A stretch of 64,000 bases of DNA. Origin: Candidatus Levyibacteriota bacterium. Its GTDB lineage: Bacteria; Patescibacteriota; Microgenomatia; Levybacterales; UBA12049. Each line of letters opens with the position of its first letter. Position 1 is the stretch's first letter. The translations under genes and the position numbers were made by a program. Shown piece by piece: positions 19,179 to 28,996 of this stretch. The DNA lies in contig PLZJ01000002.1 in the NCBI GenBank assembly GCA_003152105.1, positions 469,682-533,681 of the forward strand, in the 5' to 3' direction. The notes beneath the pieces are model-generated. The model worked only from the letters and a program-made list of their open reading frames with translations, was not told the DNA's origin and ran no database searches.

Positions 19179-19773
19179 CAGATCATTTATTAATTTATAT
19201 AATTTTACTTTTGAGTTAAAAATATTATTATTACTTTTTTTAATAATATTGCTTCTTCCAATTATAGGAATATTTATATTAACTCAAGAAGGATTTAGTA
19301 AAGTTTCCAATTATTTGGTTAACAATACCGCTCATTCAATCAGATTAAATTATCCAGATGGCAAGCTTTACAAAATAATAAATATTCAAACAGTTTGGCC
19401 TTTACATGGCATAACTACTCTTGAATTTGGGCAAAATGATTTTCCATACCAACCATTTCATACTGGTATAGATATTGCAGGACCATTTGGTTTTCAAATA
19501 ATTTGTGCCATGAGCGGGAAAGTAGTTTATGCAGGAGAAATATCATGGGGTTATGGTAAGCATGTTATCGTAAATAACGATAACAATATTCAAACCGTTT
19601 ACGCACATCTCGATAGTATAGCTGTTAAGAATGGAGACGAATGTATAACGGGGAAAACAGTTATAGGTACCGAAGGTCAAACTGGTTGGGCGACAGGACC
19701 ACACTTGCATTTTGAGATTGATCTTTGGGGGATTCCGGTAAATCCAAGAAATTTTATTTATGGGAATCCTTAA
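19171..19773 (+). CDS. M23 (LytM-type) peptidoglycan endopeptidase, membrane anchored
   Basis: HTGIDIA ... GPHLHFEI M23 zinc motifs; overlaps virB4 stop; likely T4SS-associated cell-wall hydrolase. Confidence 0.8.
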   Translation: MYNRSFINLYNFTFELKILLLLFLIILLLPIIGIFILTQEGFSKVSNYLVNNTAHSIRLNYPDGKLYKIINIQTVWPLHGITTLEFGQNDFPYQPFHTGIDIAGPFGFQIICAMSGKVVYAGEISWGYGKHVIVNNDNNIQTVYAHLDSIAVKNGDECITGKTVIGTEGQTGWATGPHLHFEIDLWGIPVNPRNFIYGNP

Positions 19774-19818
19774 ATAATTATTTTAACAGTCCCAGATATG
19801 ATATATTAAGATTAGTAT

Positions 19819-20586
19819 ATGGTTAAATATATATTTTCATATCCATTTATAGTTCCATCAATTAAGGTATTGATTTTGGTTATTGTATGTTTCTTCCTTA
19901 ACATGTTTTTACGTTCTTTAGTGAAAGTGCCCCATAGATTAGATACTAGAAAAGGAAGAACGTATATTTCAGTTTTACGCAATCTCATAACACTTGTTAT
20001 CATTTATGCAGCTCTTCATGTTACATTTTTAATACTTGGTATAAATATTGTTCCATTGTTAGCATCAGCAGGCGTTTTGGGCATTATCATCGGTATAGGA
20101 TCGCGTTCCCTTTTTGAAGATCTAATTGCCGGTTTTTTCCTATTGTCTCAATCTCGTATCGCGCTTGGTGATTATATTAAGGTTGGCACAAATATTGAGG
20201 GTACCATAATAAATATTGGATTTAAAAATATAGAGCTTCGTAGTCCTGATGGGTCTTTGATAATTGTGCCAAATGGACAAATTAACTCACTTATTAACAC
20301 CTCGTATGGAAAAGCAGTAAATACCATTGATGTTCCGGTAAAATCTGGACAAAAAATTGATGTCGTACTTCACGTGTTTGAAGAAGTATTGGCGTCCCTT
20401 GAAAAAGATGATGAGATGCAAATATTTAAAGATTCAAAAGTATTTGGTATTGCAAATATACTCGCCGGTGCAGTTGTGATCCGTACCATAATTATTACTC
20501 CTACATCGCTTCGAGGAATAATTGATGAGGAATTTCGCCATAGATTACTTAAGGATTTTCAAAAGCATAAATTGCTCTTTGCGTAA
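19819..20586 (+). CDS. Small-conductance mechanosensitive channel (MscS family)
   Basis: MscS beta-domain motif IALGDYIKVGTNIEGTIINIGFKNIELRSPDGSLIIVPNGQI. Confidence 0.75.
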   Translation: MVKYIFSYPFIVPSIKVLILVIVCFFLNMFLRSLVKVPHRLDTRKGRTYISVLRNLITLVIIYAALHVTFLILGINIVPLLASAGVLGIIIGIGSRSLFEDLIAGFFLLSQSRIALGDYIKVGTNIEGTIINIGFKNIELRSPDGSLIIVPNGQINSLINTSYGKAVNTIDVPVKSGQKIDVVLHVFEEVLASLEKDDEMQIFKDSKVFGIANILAGAVVIRTIIITPTSLRGIIDEEFRHRLLKDFQKHKLLFA

Positions 20587-20631
20587 AACTACTTTTCTCT
20601 GTATTGCAAAATATGATATTATTGCAACCAT

Positions 20632-21198
20632 ATGTTTTCAATTAAACCAGTATCACTTTTCTACCATTATATTCCTCTTGTTCTTATCGCAACCATTACC
20701 TGCGGACTTGTCTATGTAACAGCACAACAAATTGTCCGTCAAGGTGCTAATGATCCACAAATCCAAATAGCAGAAGATGATGCGTCCGATCTTGCAACAG
20801 CTGGCCAATCAACACCACATCTTGTGCAAAGCATTAACCCAATACATAGCTTACAACCCTTTGTCATTCTCTATGACCAAAATGGCAATATCCTTTCCAC
20901 AAATGCAACAGATACCAATCTTTTGCAAATGCCAAAAAGCATTTTCTCAAACATCGAAAGTCGTGGTGAAGATAGATTTACCTGGGAACCACAAGACGGA
21001 CTTCGTTTTGCAGCAGTCATTGTTCGTGTTCCTTCAAAAAGTACCAAGGAGTATGTGCTTGTTGCCCGTTCTCTCCGTGAGGTAGAAATGAGAGAAAACG
21101 ATCTTCTTGTTTATGCTTGCCTTGCATGGATTGCAATGCTTACAACAACCCTTATTGCGCTTCTTTTAAAGCCACTATTTTTAGAAAAATATTTGTAG
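20632..21198 (+). CDS. Hypothetical membrane protein (N- and C-terminal TM)
   Basis: ORF, two hydrophobic segments. Confidence 0.35.
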   Translation: MFSIKPVSLFYHYIPLVLIATITCGLVYVTAQQIVRQGANDPQIQIAEDDASDLATAGQSTPHLVQSINPIHSLQPFVILYDQNGNILSTNATDTNLLQMPKSIFSNIESRGEDRFTWEPQDGLRFAAVIVRVPSKSTKEYVLVARSLREVEMRENDLLVYACLAWIAMLTTTLIALLLKPLFLEKYL

Positions 21199-21207
21199 TA
21201 AGTATAT

Positions 21208-22692
21208 TTGCAATCAGGATTGGTACTTGTTAGAATAAAATCCCAATTGACTTTGCCTATGCTGCCAACACGCGTTGCGTTTGTAGATATTGAAACAACA
21301 GGACTCCGATTTTTACGAGATCGTATTATTGAAATAGGGATAATACGAATGGAAGATGGGGTAGTGACAAAAACATACCAAACCTTAGTAAACCCAAACA
21401 CATATCTGCCTCCCGAAATATCACAACTTACTGGTATTGATAACGCGGTACTTGAAAACGCACCGTCTTTTTCTCATGTGGCAAAAGAAATTGCCGAAAT
21501 ACTATCAGACTGCGTGTTTGTAGCACACAATGCTCGTTTTGACTATTCATTTTTAAAACAAGCATTTTTTCAAGAAGAAATGACATTTTCGCCAAAGCAG
21601 CTTTGCACCGTTAAATTATTTAAATATTTTTACCCTCGTAAAAAAAGCCACAATTTAGATAGCGTCATGGAAACTTTTGCCATACCATGTAAGACGCGTC
21701 ACCGAGCATTTGATGACGCGTTAGTACTTGTCTCATTTTACGAAAAACTATTACAAACCGTGCCCCAGGAAGAACTTGAAAAAGCATATAATATCATTAC
21801 GAAAAAACCTTCCCTTCCTGTTGGATTATCGCAAGAAGATATCAAAGCATTGCCAAATAGTCCAGGGGTATATATTTTTTATGGCAGCGAAAATATCCCT
21901 TTGTACATTGGGAAAAGCGTTTCTATTCGAGACAGAGTCTTATCTCATTTTTCAAGTGACATTAAATCCCCATTTGAAATGAAAATTTCTCAACAAGTAA
22001 AGCGCATTGCGACGCTACAAACTAAAGGAGAACTTGGTGCACTCCTTAAAGAAGCAACGCTTATTAAGCAGTTGTCACCGCTTTATAACAAGAAACTTCG
22101 AAACGCAAAAAAACTTGTTGTTTTGTTAAAAACACAAAATGATAAAGGGTATGACATGGTAACACTTACACAGCTTGACCACATTTCAAAAGAAATACTT
22201 TCCTCAATTCTTGCACTCTTTTCTTCAAAGAAAAAAGCCACGGACTATTTACTGTTTGTTTCAAAAGAATATGACCTTTGCACAAAACTACTTGGGATTG
22301 AACACACAAAAGACGCGTGTTTTGCCTTTCGTTTGGGAAGATGCAAGGGAGCGTGTAAAGACAAAGAAAAAACAGTTGCATATAATTTCAGGTTTCAACA
22401 CGCATTTTTAAAAACAAAAATCCATCCGTGGCCATTTAACGGGCCTATTGCAATTTATGAAAAAAACACACTTGGAGCAGACGTATTTTATGTTGATAAC
22501 TGGTGTTTTCTTGGGAGTAACAGCGATCTGGATGAAACCATATCGCAGGAGTCATTGCAAAAGGGAAACTTTGAAGACAGTAGCTTTGATGTGGCAACAT
22601 ATAAGATACTTTCAAGTTATATTAAAAATCCTAAAAATCAACAACATATTATGCTCGTCTCACAACTTATCAAACAATCCCAAGCATTCTAA
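21208..22692 (+). CDS. DnaQ-like 3'-5' exonuclease (DEDDh) fused to GIY-YIG nuclease domain
   Basis: Exo I VAFVDIETTGL, Exo II/III (HNARFD, H..FDD); GIY-YIG GVYIFYG..PLYIGKS..R..H. Confidence 0.75.
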   Translation: MQSGLVLVRIKSQLTLPMLPTRVAFVDIETTGLRFLRDRIIEIGIIRMEDGVVTKTYQTLVNPNTYLPPEISQLTGIDNAVLENAPSFSHVAKEIAEILSDCVFVAHNARFDYSFLKQAFFQEEMTFSPKQLCTVKLFKYFYPRKKSHNLDSVMETFAIPCKTRHRAFDDALVLVSFYEKLLQTVPQEELEKAYNIITKKPSLPVGLSQEDIKALPNSPGVYIFYGSENIPLYIGKSVSIRDRVLSHFSSDIKSPFEMKISQQVKRIATLQTKGELGALLKEATLIKQLSPLYNKKLRNAKKLVVLLKTQNDKGYDMVTLTQLDHISKEILSSILALFSSKKKATDYLLFVSKEYDLCTKLLGIEHTKDACFAFRLGRCKGACKDKEKTVAYNFRFQHAFLKTKIHPWPFNGPIAIYEKNTLGADVFYVDNWCFLGSNSDLDETISQESLQKGNFEDSSFDVATYKILSSYIKNPKNQQHIMLVSQLIKQSQAF

Positions 22693-22850
22693 GTTCCGCT
22701 CTATTCTTGCAAGTTTCTTACTATATTATTGCTCATCTCTTATCCCTTGCGGATATGCTGTATATATGAGAGTAGGTAAAAAGAAGTTCTCAGCTAATTC
22801 TTGGTTAAGAATGTTACTCTTTAAAACACAATGAAAGGAGGTGAAGGAGA

Positions 22851-23021
22851 ATGAAAAGTAGAAGAGGATTCGCAGGAATGTCGATTGATAAGCAAAGACA
22901 AATCGCAAGTAAAGGAGGAAGAGCTGCTCATCAAAAAGGCACTGCTCATGAATGGAATAGTGAACAAGCAAGACTTGCAGGTGCTAAAGGAGGCAGAGCA
23001 CGCGCAAGGAATGCTGCGTAA
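22851..23021 (+). CDS. KGG-repeat general stress protein (56 aa), missed by the 60-aa ORF cutoff
   Basis: Repeats ASKGGRAAH / GAKGGRARA; strong RBS AAAGGAGGTGAAGGAGA 1-17 nt upstream. Confidence 0.6.
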   Translation: MKSRRGFAGMSIDKQRQIASKGGRAAHQKGTAHEWNSEQARLAGAKGGRARARNAA

Positions 23022-23208
23022 ATGTACTACTGGTGGGGTAGATTACACATACCAAACAAAACAAACGTACTCTGCCCCAACCAGATATAAAGGAGAAAAT
23101 TATGAATATATCAGATATTGTAACAGTCATTATAAAAACATACTCTCAAATGCTATTTATGTTATTTCACGCTCCGGTTGAATAACTCACCGCTTCGTAG
23201 GATAAAGA

Positions 23209-24417
23209 GTGGAAGCTCATTTTACAGGTCGGATACAATTTGCTAAAATTGCCCTTATGAAAAGGAACATGTTGCAAGTACTCTATATTTCTGCAATGCA
23301 GTTTTTAGAGCCATTAGGACCAGTGCAAACCTATACGGTTATTATTCGCGAAGCAAAAAAACTCGTTGCGTTTGATGAGGGTGTTATTTATGTAGAGCAA
23401 AAAGGAAGGCTACAAAACGTCTATAGTTCTAACCCAAAAGATAAAAGTACGCCTCAAAAAAAGGGAGCGTATCTTGCCTTTGCCAAAAAGAAAGTAATAA
23501 CGCTTTCGAAACAGGAAGTAGCATCGCTTCACCCAGGACTTTATTCCCAAGGCATTATTTCCATGCTTTTTATTCCTCTTATGTATAAAAATAAAGCAAT
23601 TGGCGTACTGTCGCTTCGATCGTCAAGCCAACAAGAAATATATACAAAAGATGACATTGCCGTCCTGCATATTTTTAGTTCTCTTGTTAGTTTAGCAATC
23701 CGAAAAATGCAACTTAATTACGAATCAAAACGCGCGCTTTCAATGAGAGATCAATTTATCTCTCTTGCCGCACATGAACTCAGAACGCCACTTACCTCAA
23801 TTCATGGGTATTTACAGCTTCTTGAAAAGAAAATTCCACAAACTGACACAACAAAAACAAAATGGGTAAAAGAAATGGCAAAAGAAACAATGAAACTTCG
23901 CTCACTTGTAACTTCGCTTTTGGAAGTACATAGTATTGAACGAGGAAAACAGCTCTATAGTTTTAGCCACGTTAGTATTGCAGTCATTGTAAAAAAAGCA
24001 ATAGAATACACAACGCTTTTATATCCACAGCATCAGATTGTCTTTGAAAACACGCTCGGAGAAGACGTTTCAATTATTGCTGACGAGCAAAAACTAGAGC
24101 AAGCAGTAACGAGTATTTTAGATAACGCTGCAAAGTTTTCAAATACAGAGGATATCTTACGTATTTCACTTGCAAAGCCAAAGAATAAAAAAAAATACAT
24201 ACAACTTATTATTTCAGATCAAGGAAAAGGGATAAGAGAATTTGATTTACCAAATATTTTTGAAGGGTTTTACAAAGGAGACAATAATCAATCAGCAGGA
24301 ATGGGTCTTGGACTCTTGCTTGCAAAACACATCATTGAGAAACATCACGGAAGTATTTCTTTAACGTCAAAACAAGGAAGAGGAACAAGTGTCACCATTT
24401 TGTTACCTATTGCTTAA
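23209..24417 (+). CDS. Sensor histidine kinase (GAF-like + HisKA + HATPase_c), cytoplasmic
   Basis: H-box HELRTPLTSIHGY; N, G boxes (ILDNAAKFS, DQGKGI, GMGLGL). Confidence 0.8.
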   Translation: MEAHFTGRIQFAKIALMKRNMLQVLYISAMQFLEPLGPVQTYTVIIREAKKLVAFDEGVIYVEQKGRLQNVYSSNPKDKSTPQKKGAYLAFAKKKVITLSKQEVASLHPGLYSQGIISMLFIPLMYKNKAIGVLSLRSSSQQEIYTKDDIAVLHIFSSLVSLAIRKMQLNYESKRALSMRDQFISLAAHELRTPLTSIHGYLQLLEKKIPQTDTTKTKWVKEMAKETMKLRSLVTSLLEVHSIERGKQLYSFSHVSIAVIVKKAIEYTTLLYPQHQIVFENTLGEDVSIIADEQKLEQAVTSILDNAAKFSNTEDILRISLAKPKNKKKYIQLIISDQGKGIREFDLPNIFEGFYKGDNNQSAGMGLGLLLAKHIIEKHHGSISLTSKQGRGTSVTILLPIA

Positions 24418-24423
24418 CCGATT

Positions 24424-25095
24424 TTATTCTTTAATCATGTAGCCAAAACCGCGCACTGATTGGAGTAATTTCTTTGGTTGTTTCCCATCAATTTTCTTTC
24501 GTAAATATCCCATATAGACATCCACAACGCGAGAATCAATGTCTGAAGAATAGAGCCATACTCTGTTTAAAATCATTTCGCGGGACAATATTCTTCCTTT
24601 ATTTGAAAGAAGATAATGAAGCAGTTCAAATTCCTTTGGTGTTAACTGAATTTTGGTATTTGCTCTTTTCACCTCAAGTGTTTGTGTATTTAATTCCAAA
24701 TCTCCTGCAGAAAGCATTGTTTTGCTTTCTCCTCTTTCCCGAACTCTTGCCTTAATGCGTGCCAAAAACTCATCAGCAATAAATGGTTTTGTCATATAAT
24801 CATCTGCCCCAAGAGATAACCCTTGTACAATATCAGTAATACTGTCTTTTGCGGTTAAAATAAGGATAGGTAAGTCTGGATAATTTTTTCGAATTTCAAT
24901 TGTTACGGTTTCCCCGCTCATGACAGGCAGTCCTAAATCAAGTACTACTAAATCTGGCACGCTTTTTTTAATAAGTTCAAGCGCCCCGATCCCATCATCT
25001 GCAAGCTGCACATTAAACCCTTGATCAAGGAGCAGTTCTTTGATATAGGTTTGGAGTCCTTTATCGTCTTCAACAACTAAAACCTTTTTTAGCAT
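24424..25095 (-). CDS. OmpR-family response regulator (REC + winged helix); start at internal Met MLKKVLVVEDD
   Basis: REC motifs VLVVEDD, DLVVLDLGLP, LTAKD; C-terminal winged-helix RVWLYSS..SRVVDVYMGYLRKKI. Confidence 0.85.
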   Translation of the reverse strand: MLKKVLVVEDDKGLQTYIKELLLDQGFNVQLADDGIGALELIKKSVPDLVVLDLGLPVMSGETVTIEIRKNYPDLPILILTAKDSITDIVQGLSLGADDYMTKPFIADEFLARIKARVRERGESKTMLSAGDLELNTQTLEVKRANTKIQLTPKEFELLHYLLSNKGRILSREMILNRVWLYSSDIDSRVVDVYMGYLRKKIDGKQPKKLLQSVRGFGYMIKE

Positions 25096-25189
25096 CGTCC
25101 TATTATAACAACATAGTCTCATTCTTACAATCATTGAACACGCACGAATTTCAATAGCTTAAGCCATTTTAATTTGCTATAATCCCAAC

Positions 25190-25522
25190 ATGATTACCTA
25201 TCAAGATTTTGAAAAAGTCGATATACGCGTTGGAAAAATACTAACAGTAAGTGAATATGTGGAAGCAAGAAAACCTTCATATAGGCTAACCATAAATCTA
25301 GGAAAAGAAATAGGAATAAAAAAATCTATTGGGCAATTTAGCACAAATTATACCAAAGAGGAGTTAGAAGGAAAGCTTGTTGCCTGTGTGGTAAATTTTC
25401 CTCCTCGTCAAATAGGCACTTGCGTATCTGAAGTACTTACCCTAGGTTTTCCTGACGAAAATGGGAATGCAGCACTTGTATCCCCTTCAAAAGATATACC
25501 ACTTGGAGGAAAGCTATTTTAA
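25190..25522 (+). CDS. tRNA-binding protein (CsaA/Trbp111-like OB fold)
   Basis: MITYQDFEKVDIRVGKIL...LVACVVNFPPRQIG typical of CsaA/EMAP-II-like tRNA-binding domain. Confidence 0.7.
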   Translation: MITYQDFEKVDIRVGKILTVSEYVEARKPSYRLTINLGKEIGIKKSIGQFSTNYTKEELEGKLVACVVNFPPRQIGTCVSEVLTLGFPDENGNAALVSPSKDIPLGGKLF

Positions 25523-25568
25523 ATAAAAAAAAGTTGACTTGTATAATCCGAACTCATAAAATACCACG

Positions 25569-26126
25569 GTGGGAAATCCAAAAGAGAGATTTTTAGAAGC
25601 ACGAAAGCGTTTAAACCCAGAGGGACTTGTGTTTAGTGCCTCTGCAAGCGCAACCTCACCCGCAATTTTACCTGCAGTTGGAGTCGGAACAACATATATT
25701 ATTCATGAACTTGCATCCATGACAAATCCCTCAGTTGTAAAAGTTGCATCCATTGCCATTCTTGGTGCATGTAATACCATTAGTATTAAAACTGAATCGA
25801 AAGCACTACAAAAAGACAACTATAGCGCAAGTCCCATATCCAGCACACTAAATGTGGTAACAGATAAACCTCTTGTTTCTTCCATTACCGGACATTTGAT
25901 AAATTTTATTCCTCTGTCTGTACTCAATCCCATAAACCTGTATGCAATTGCAACAAGAAACTATACACTACTTGCACAAAGTGAAGGTGCAGGTTCACTT
26001 GCGTTAACGACCTATTACACAACCTTAAATACGTTGATTTTAAAGGGAAAAACAGAACCTTTTATAAAAGGAGTTCGAAAAGTAAGAGATGTAATCAACC
26101 GTAAAATAACTGCTTTACAAAAATAA
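25569..26126 (+). CDS. Hypothetical protein
   Basis: ORF only. Confidence 0.3.
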   Translation: MGNPKERFLEARKRLNPEGLVFSASASATSPAILPAVGVGTTYIIHELASMTNPSVVKVASIAILGACNTISIKTESKALQKDNYSASPISSTLNVVTDKPLVSSITGHLINFIPLSVLNPINLYAIATRNYTLLAQSEGAGSLALTTYYTTLNTLILKGKTEPFIKGVRKVRDVINRKITALQK

Positions 26127-26148
26127 CATAAATCTCTACTATTGAGGT

Positions 26149-26874
26149 ATGCAGCAAAATCCAAATCAAAAACCAACATGGGGAAGTGCAACATTTGGCT
26201 CATTTAATCAGCCTGATCAAATAGCCTTTATACACCGTGTGTACGCATGGATGTGTGGGGGACTAGTGATTACCGCATTTATTGCGTATTGGGTCGGTAA
26301 TTCCGCAACGCTTAAACATTTTATCCTTGGCAACATGTTCATTTTTTATGGGCTCATGATCGTTGAACTAATAGCGGTTATTTTTTTAGCAAGTATGGTG
26401 CATAAAATATCAGCAACGCTAGCTGCTGTTGTATTTCTTCTCTATGCAGCTTTAAATGGATTTACGTTGTCAATTATTTTTCTGCTCTATACCATTTCTT
26501 CCATTGGTTCAGTTTTTATTATTACTGCCGGGATTTTTGGCGGCATGAGCATCTATGGGTATGTTACCAAAAAAGATTTAACCACTATTGGTAATTTTGC
26601 AATCATGGGACTTTTGGGACTTATTTTGGCAATGATTGTGAATATATTTTTACAAAACAATATGGTCAGTTTTATCCTCTCATGCATTGGTGTTGTCATT
26701 TTTGTGCTCCTTACTGCTTATGACACACAAAAATTAAAATGGTTATACAGCATTGGCCGAACAGAAGGAAATGACGGAGAAAAGAAAGAAGCAATAAACG
26801 GCGCACTGACGCTGTATCTTGATTTTATAAACCTCTTTTTGGATCTTCTTCGAATTCTTGGAAAAAGAAAGTAA
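26149..26874 (+). CDS. Bax inhibitor-1/YccA family membrane protein
   Basis: 7-TM; N-terminal and LTAYDTQKLK motifs typical of BI-1 family. Confidence 0.75.
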   Translation: MQQNPNQKPTWGSATFGSFNQPDQIAFIHRVYAWMCGGLVITAFIAYWVGNSATLKHFILGNMFIFYGLMIVELIAVIFLASMVHKISATLAAVVFLLYAALNGFTLSIIFLLYTISSIGSVFIITAGIFGGMSIYGYVTKKDLTTIGNFAIMGLLGLILAMIVNIFLQNNMVSFILSCIGVVIFVLLTAYDTQKLKWLYSIGRTEGNDGEKKEAINGALTLYLDFINLFLDLLRILGKRK

Positions 26875-26882
26875 AAGGAAGT

Positions 26883-27362
26883 TTACAGTGACATTTCCAG
26901 ACCTACATCAATTGGTGAAAAACCATGTTTTTCATAAAAGGAAATAGCTCCTTTATTGTTGAAATATGAATTCACATATATTTTTTCATACCCCTTTGCT
27001 TTTGCCCATGCTGTGCCTTTTTTCATAAGTAATGATCCAATACCTTTTGATTGATACGACGCTTCAACAAAAATATTTCCCACTTCACAATAGGAATATT
27101 TTTTCCAATCTTTTGGTTTTGGTGCAATAAGTATGTAACCTATTGCGCGACCACTGTCTTCTGCTAAGAAACAAATGGAATGGGGTTTGTTTAAAAAAGA
27201 AGAAAAGTATTTAATACCTGGCTTGCTTTCTGGCCAGTTCATTACCAAATCATGATCATATTGATAGTTATCTTTAAAAAGTAATGTGTCTAGGCTAATT
27301 ATTGTTTGTAGATCAGCCTTTGTTGCTTTTCTAATAGAAATCATACGACTAGTATAACGCAC
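26883..27362 (-). CDS. GNAT family N-acetyltransferase
   Basis: Acetyl-CoA binding motif QSKGIGSLLMKKGTAWAKAKGY. Confidence 0.7.
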   Translation of the reverse strand: MRYTSRMISIRKATKADLQTIISLDTLLFKDNYQYDHDLVMNWPESKPGIKYFSSFLNKPHSICFLAEDSGRAIGYILIAPKPKDWKKYSYCEVGNIFVEASYQSKGIGSLLMKKGTAWAKAKGYEKIYVNSYFNNKGAISFYEKHGFSPIDVGLEMSL

Positions 27363-27376
27363 ATTCTACCATATGC

Positions 27377-27562
27377 TTATTTTGCAAACCACGCATATAA
27401 ATGTCCTAGTACTGAAACAATTAAAAATGTTAGTCCCCATCTTACTGGATGAGATCCTGCAAAAGGAGAAGCAATTAAAATACCAATACCTATGCCGCCA
27501 ATGGCATGAACCATTGCATTATACATAGAATGCTTTTTCATATAAGCTATTGCTTTTTTCAT
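27377..27562 (-). CDS. Small hypothetical membrane protein
   Basis: 61-aa ORF with two hydrophobic segments. Confidence 0.3.
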   Translation of the reverse strand: MKKAIAYMKKHSMYNAMVHAIGGIGIGILIASPFAGSHPVRWGLTFLIVSVLGHLYAWFAK

Positions 27563-27638
27563 ACAACACCTCCCTTCTATCTCTAGCGTAATAAGAATGG
27601 TAGTGCTTGGTCAAGTAGTAGTTTTTACTTTGAAGATA

Positions 27639-28061
27639 TTATTTTCCAAATCCAACAAGAATTGCACCAGTTACCATAAGTGCAATGCCTAAAATAACAC
27701 TCAAATCTGCTTTTTCTTTTAAAATAAAGATAGAAAGAAGGAGAGTCAGTACAATACTTAATTTATCAATTGGTGCAACTTGAGAGGCGTTACCAAGTTG
27801 CAGCGCTCGAAAATAAAATAACCATGAAAGCCCAGTTGCAATGCCTGATAAGACAAGAAACAGAACGGTAAAAGAGGAGAGACTTCCAATTTGTTTTGTT
27901 GTTCCTTGAAAAAACACAATGCCCCAGGCAAAAAGCAAAATGACAACTGTTCTAATTGCTGTTGCTAAGTTTGAATCAATATTTTTAACGCCAATTTTTG
28001 CAAGTATTGCGGTTAGAGCTGCAAAAAAAGCTGATAACAGTGCATAGATTACCCAAGACAT
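27639..28061 (-). CDS. Small EamA/DMT-superfamily transporter (4-TMS); start at internal Met
   Basis: EamA-like domain AILAKIGVKNIDSNLATAIRTVVILLF; ORF extends to 28238 but N-terminal extension is non-hydrophobic. Confidence 0.5.
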   Translation of the reverse strand: MSWVIYALLSAFFAALTAILAKIGVKNIDSNLATAIRTVVILLFAWGIVFFQGTTKQIGSLSSFTVLFLVLSGIATGLSWLFYFRALQLGNASQVAPIDKLSIVLTLLLSIFILKEKADLSVILGIALMVTGAILVGFGK

Positions 28062-28393
28062 ATGAATATAGTATACCATTCCCCACTTATTGCTATTTGC
28101 GACAAATTGGTATTTACTATAGTTAGATGAAAGAGAAAGATAAGGAAAAAGAAACGTATAAATATAATTACAAAACAAAAATGAAACATGTAAATAGTGG
28201 TTCAAATGCCATTTATGGATGGGGGCTCGTTGCTGCATTGTTTTACTATTTGCAGCATGTCACAACCTATTGGGACGGCGTAATTGGTATTATAAAAGCA
28301 CTTTTGTGGCCAGCATTTCTCCTCTTTAAAGTATTTACCCTAATAAAAATGTAATATTTCTCTTTACAACAGGTTGTATAATAGAAAGACGCA

Positions 28394-28987
28394 ATGAGTA
28401 TAGACCTGACGCTTCAATCCCTTGATCCAAAAACAACCGCCCTTGTCATTATTGATTTGCAGCGTGGGATTGTTGCAATGCAAACAGAACCGTATCCAGC
28501 CGATATTGTAATTTCCCAAACAAAAAATCTCAAAGACGCATTCCAAAAAGCAGACGCACAAGTAATGTTAGTTCGCGTAAAAGGATCGTTAGATGGTAAA
28601 GATATGCTTAGCCCCAATGCTGATGAACCAATGGTAAGATCTGGGGAAATGCCAAAAGACTGGGCAGAAATTATTCCAGAGTTAACACCAGCGGATAATG
28701 ATTTGATAATTACAAAACGACAATGGGGTGCATTTTACGGAACAGAGCTTGATTTGGAACTTAGAAGACGAAATATAAAAACAATTGTGCTTTGTGGAAT
28801 TGCAACTAATTATGGTGTTGAATCAACTGCTCGAGATGCGTATGAACGTGGATATGACCTCATTTTTGCAGAAGACGCAATGGCTGCTCGCTCAAAAGAA
28901 GATCATGCATTTGCCATAACTCGTATTTTTCCTTGCATTGGTAAAATTCGAAAGTCTACACAAATCATAAAAGCTCTTTTGAAATAA
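28394..28987 (+). CDS. Isochorismatase-family cysteine hydrolase
   Basis: ALVIIDLQRGIV; catalytic Cys region IVLCGIATNYGVESTARDA. Confidence 0.75.
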   Translation: MSIDLTLQSLDPKTTALVIIDLQRGIVAMQTEPYPADIVISQTKNLKDAFQKADAQVMLVRVKGSLDGKDMLSPNADEPMVRSGEMPKDWAEIIPELTPADNDLIITKRQWGAFYGTELDLELRRRNIKTIVLCGIATNYGVESTARDAYERGYDLIFAEDAMAARSKEDHAFAITRIFPCIGKIRKSTQIIKALLK

Positions 28988-28996
28988 CAGGGTGTA

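Noticed and set aside
22448-23181. Track ORFs 22448..22834 and 22885..23181 as genes
   Set aside because: The first overlaps the 3' end of the exonuclease gene in another frame. The second is out of frame with the well-supported KGG-repeat ORF and has no RBS. Both are probably spurious.
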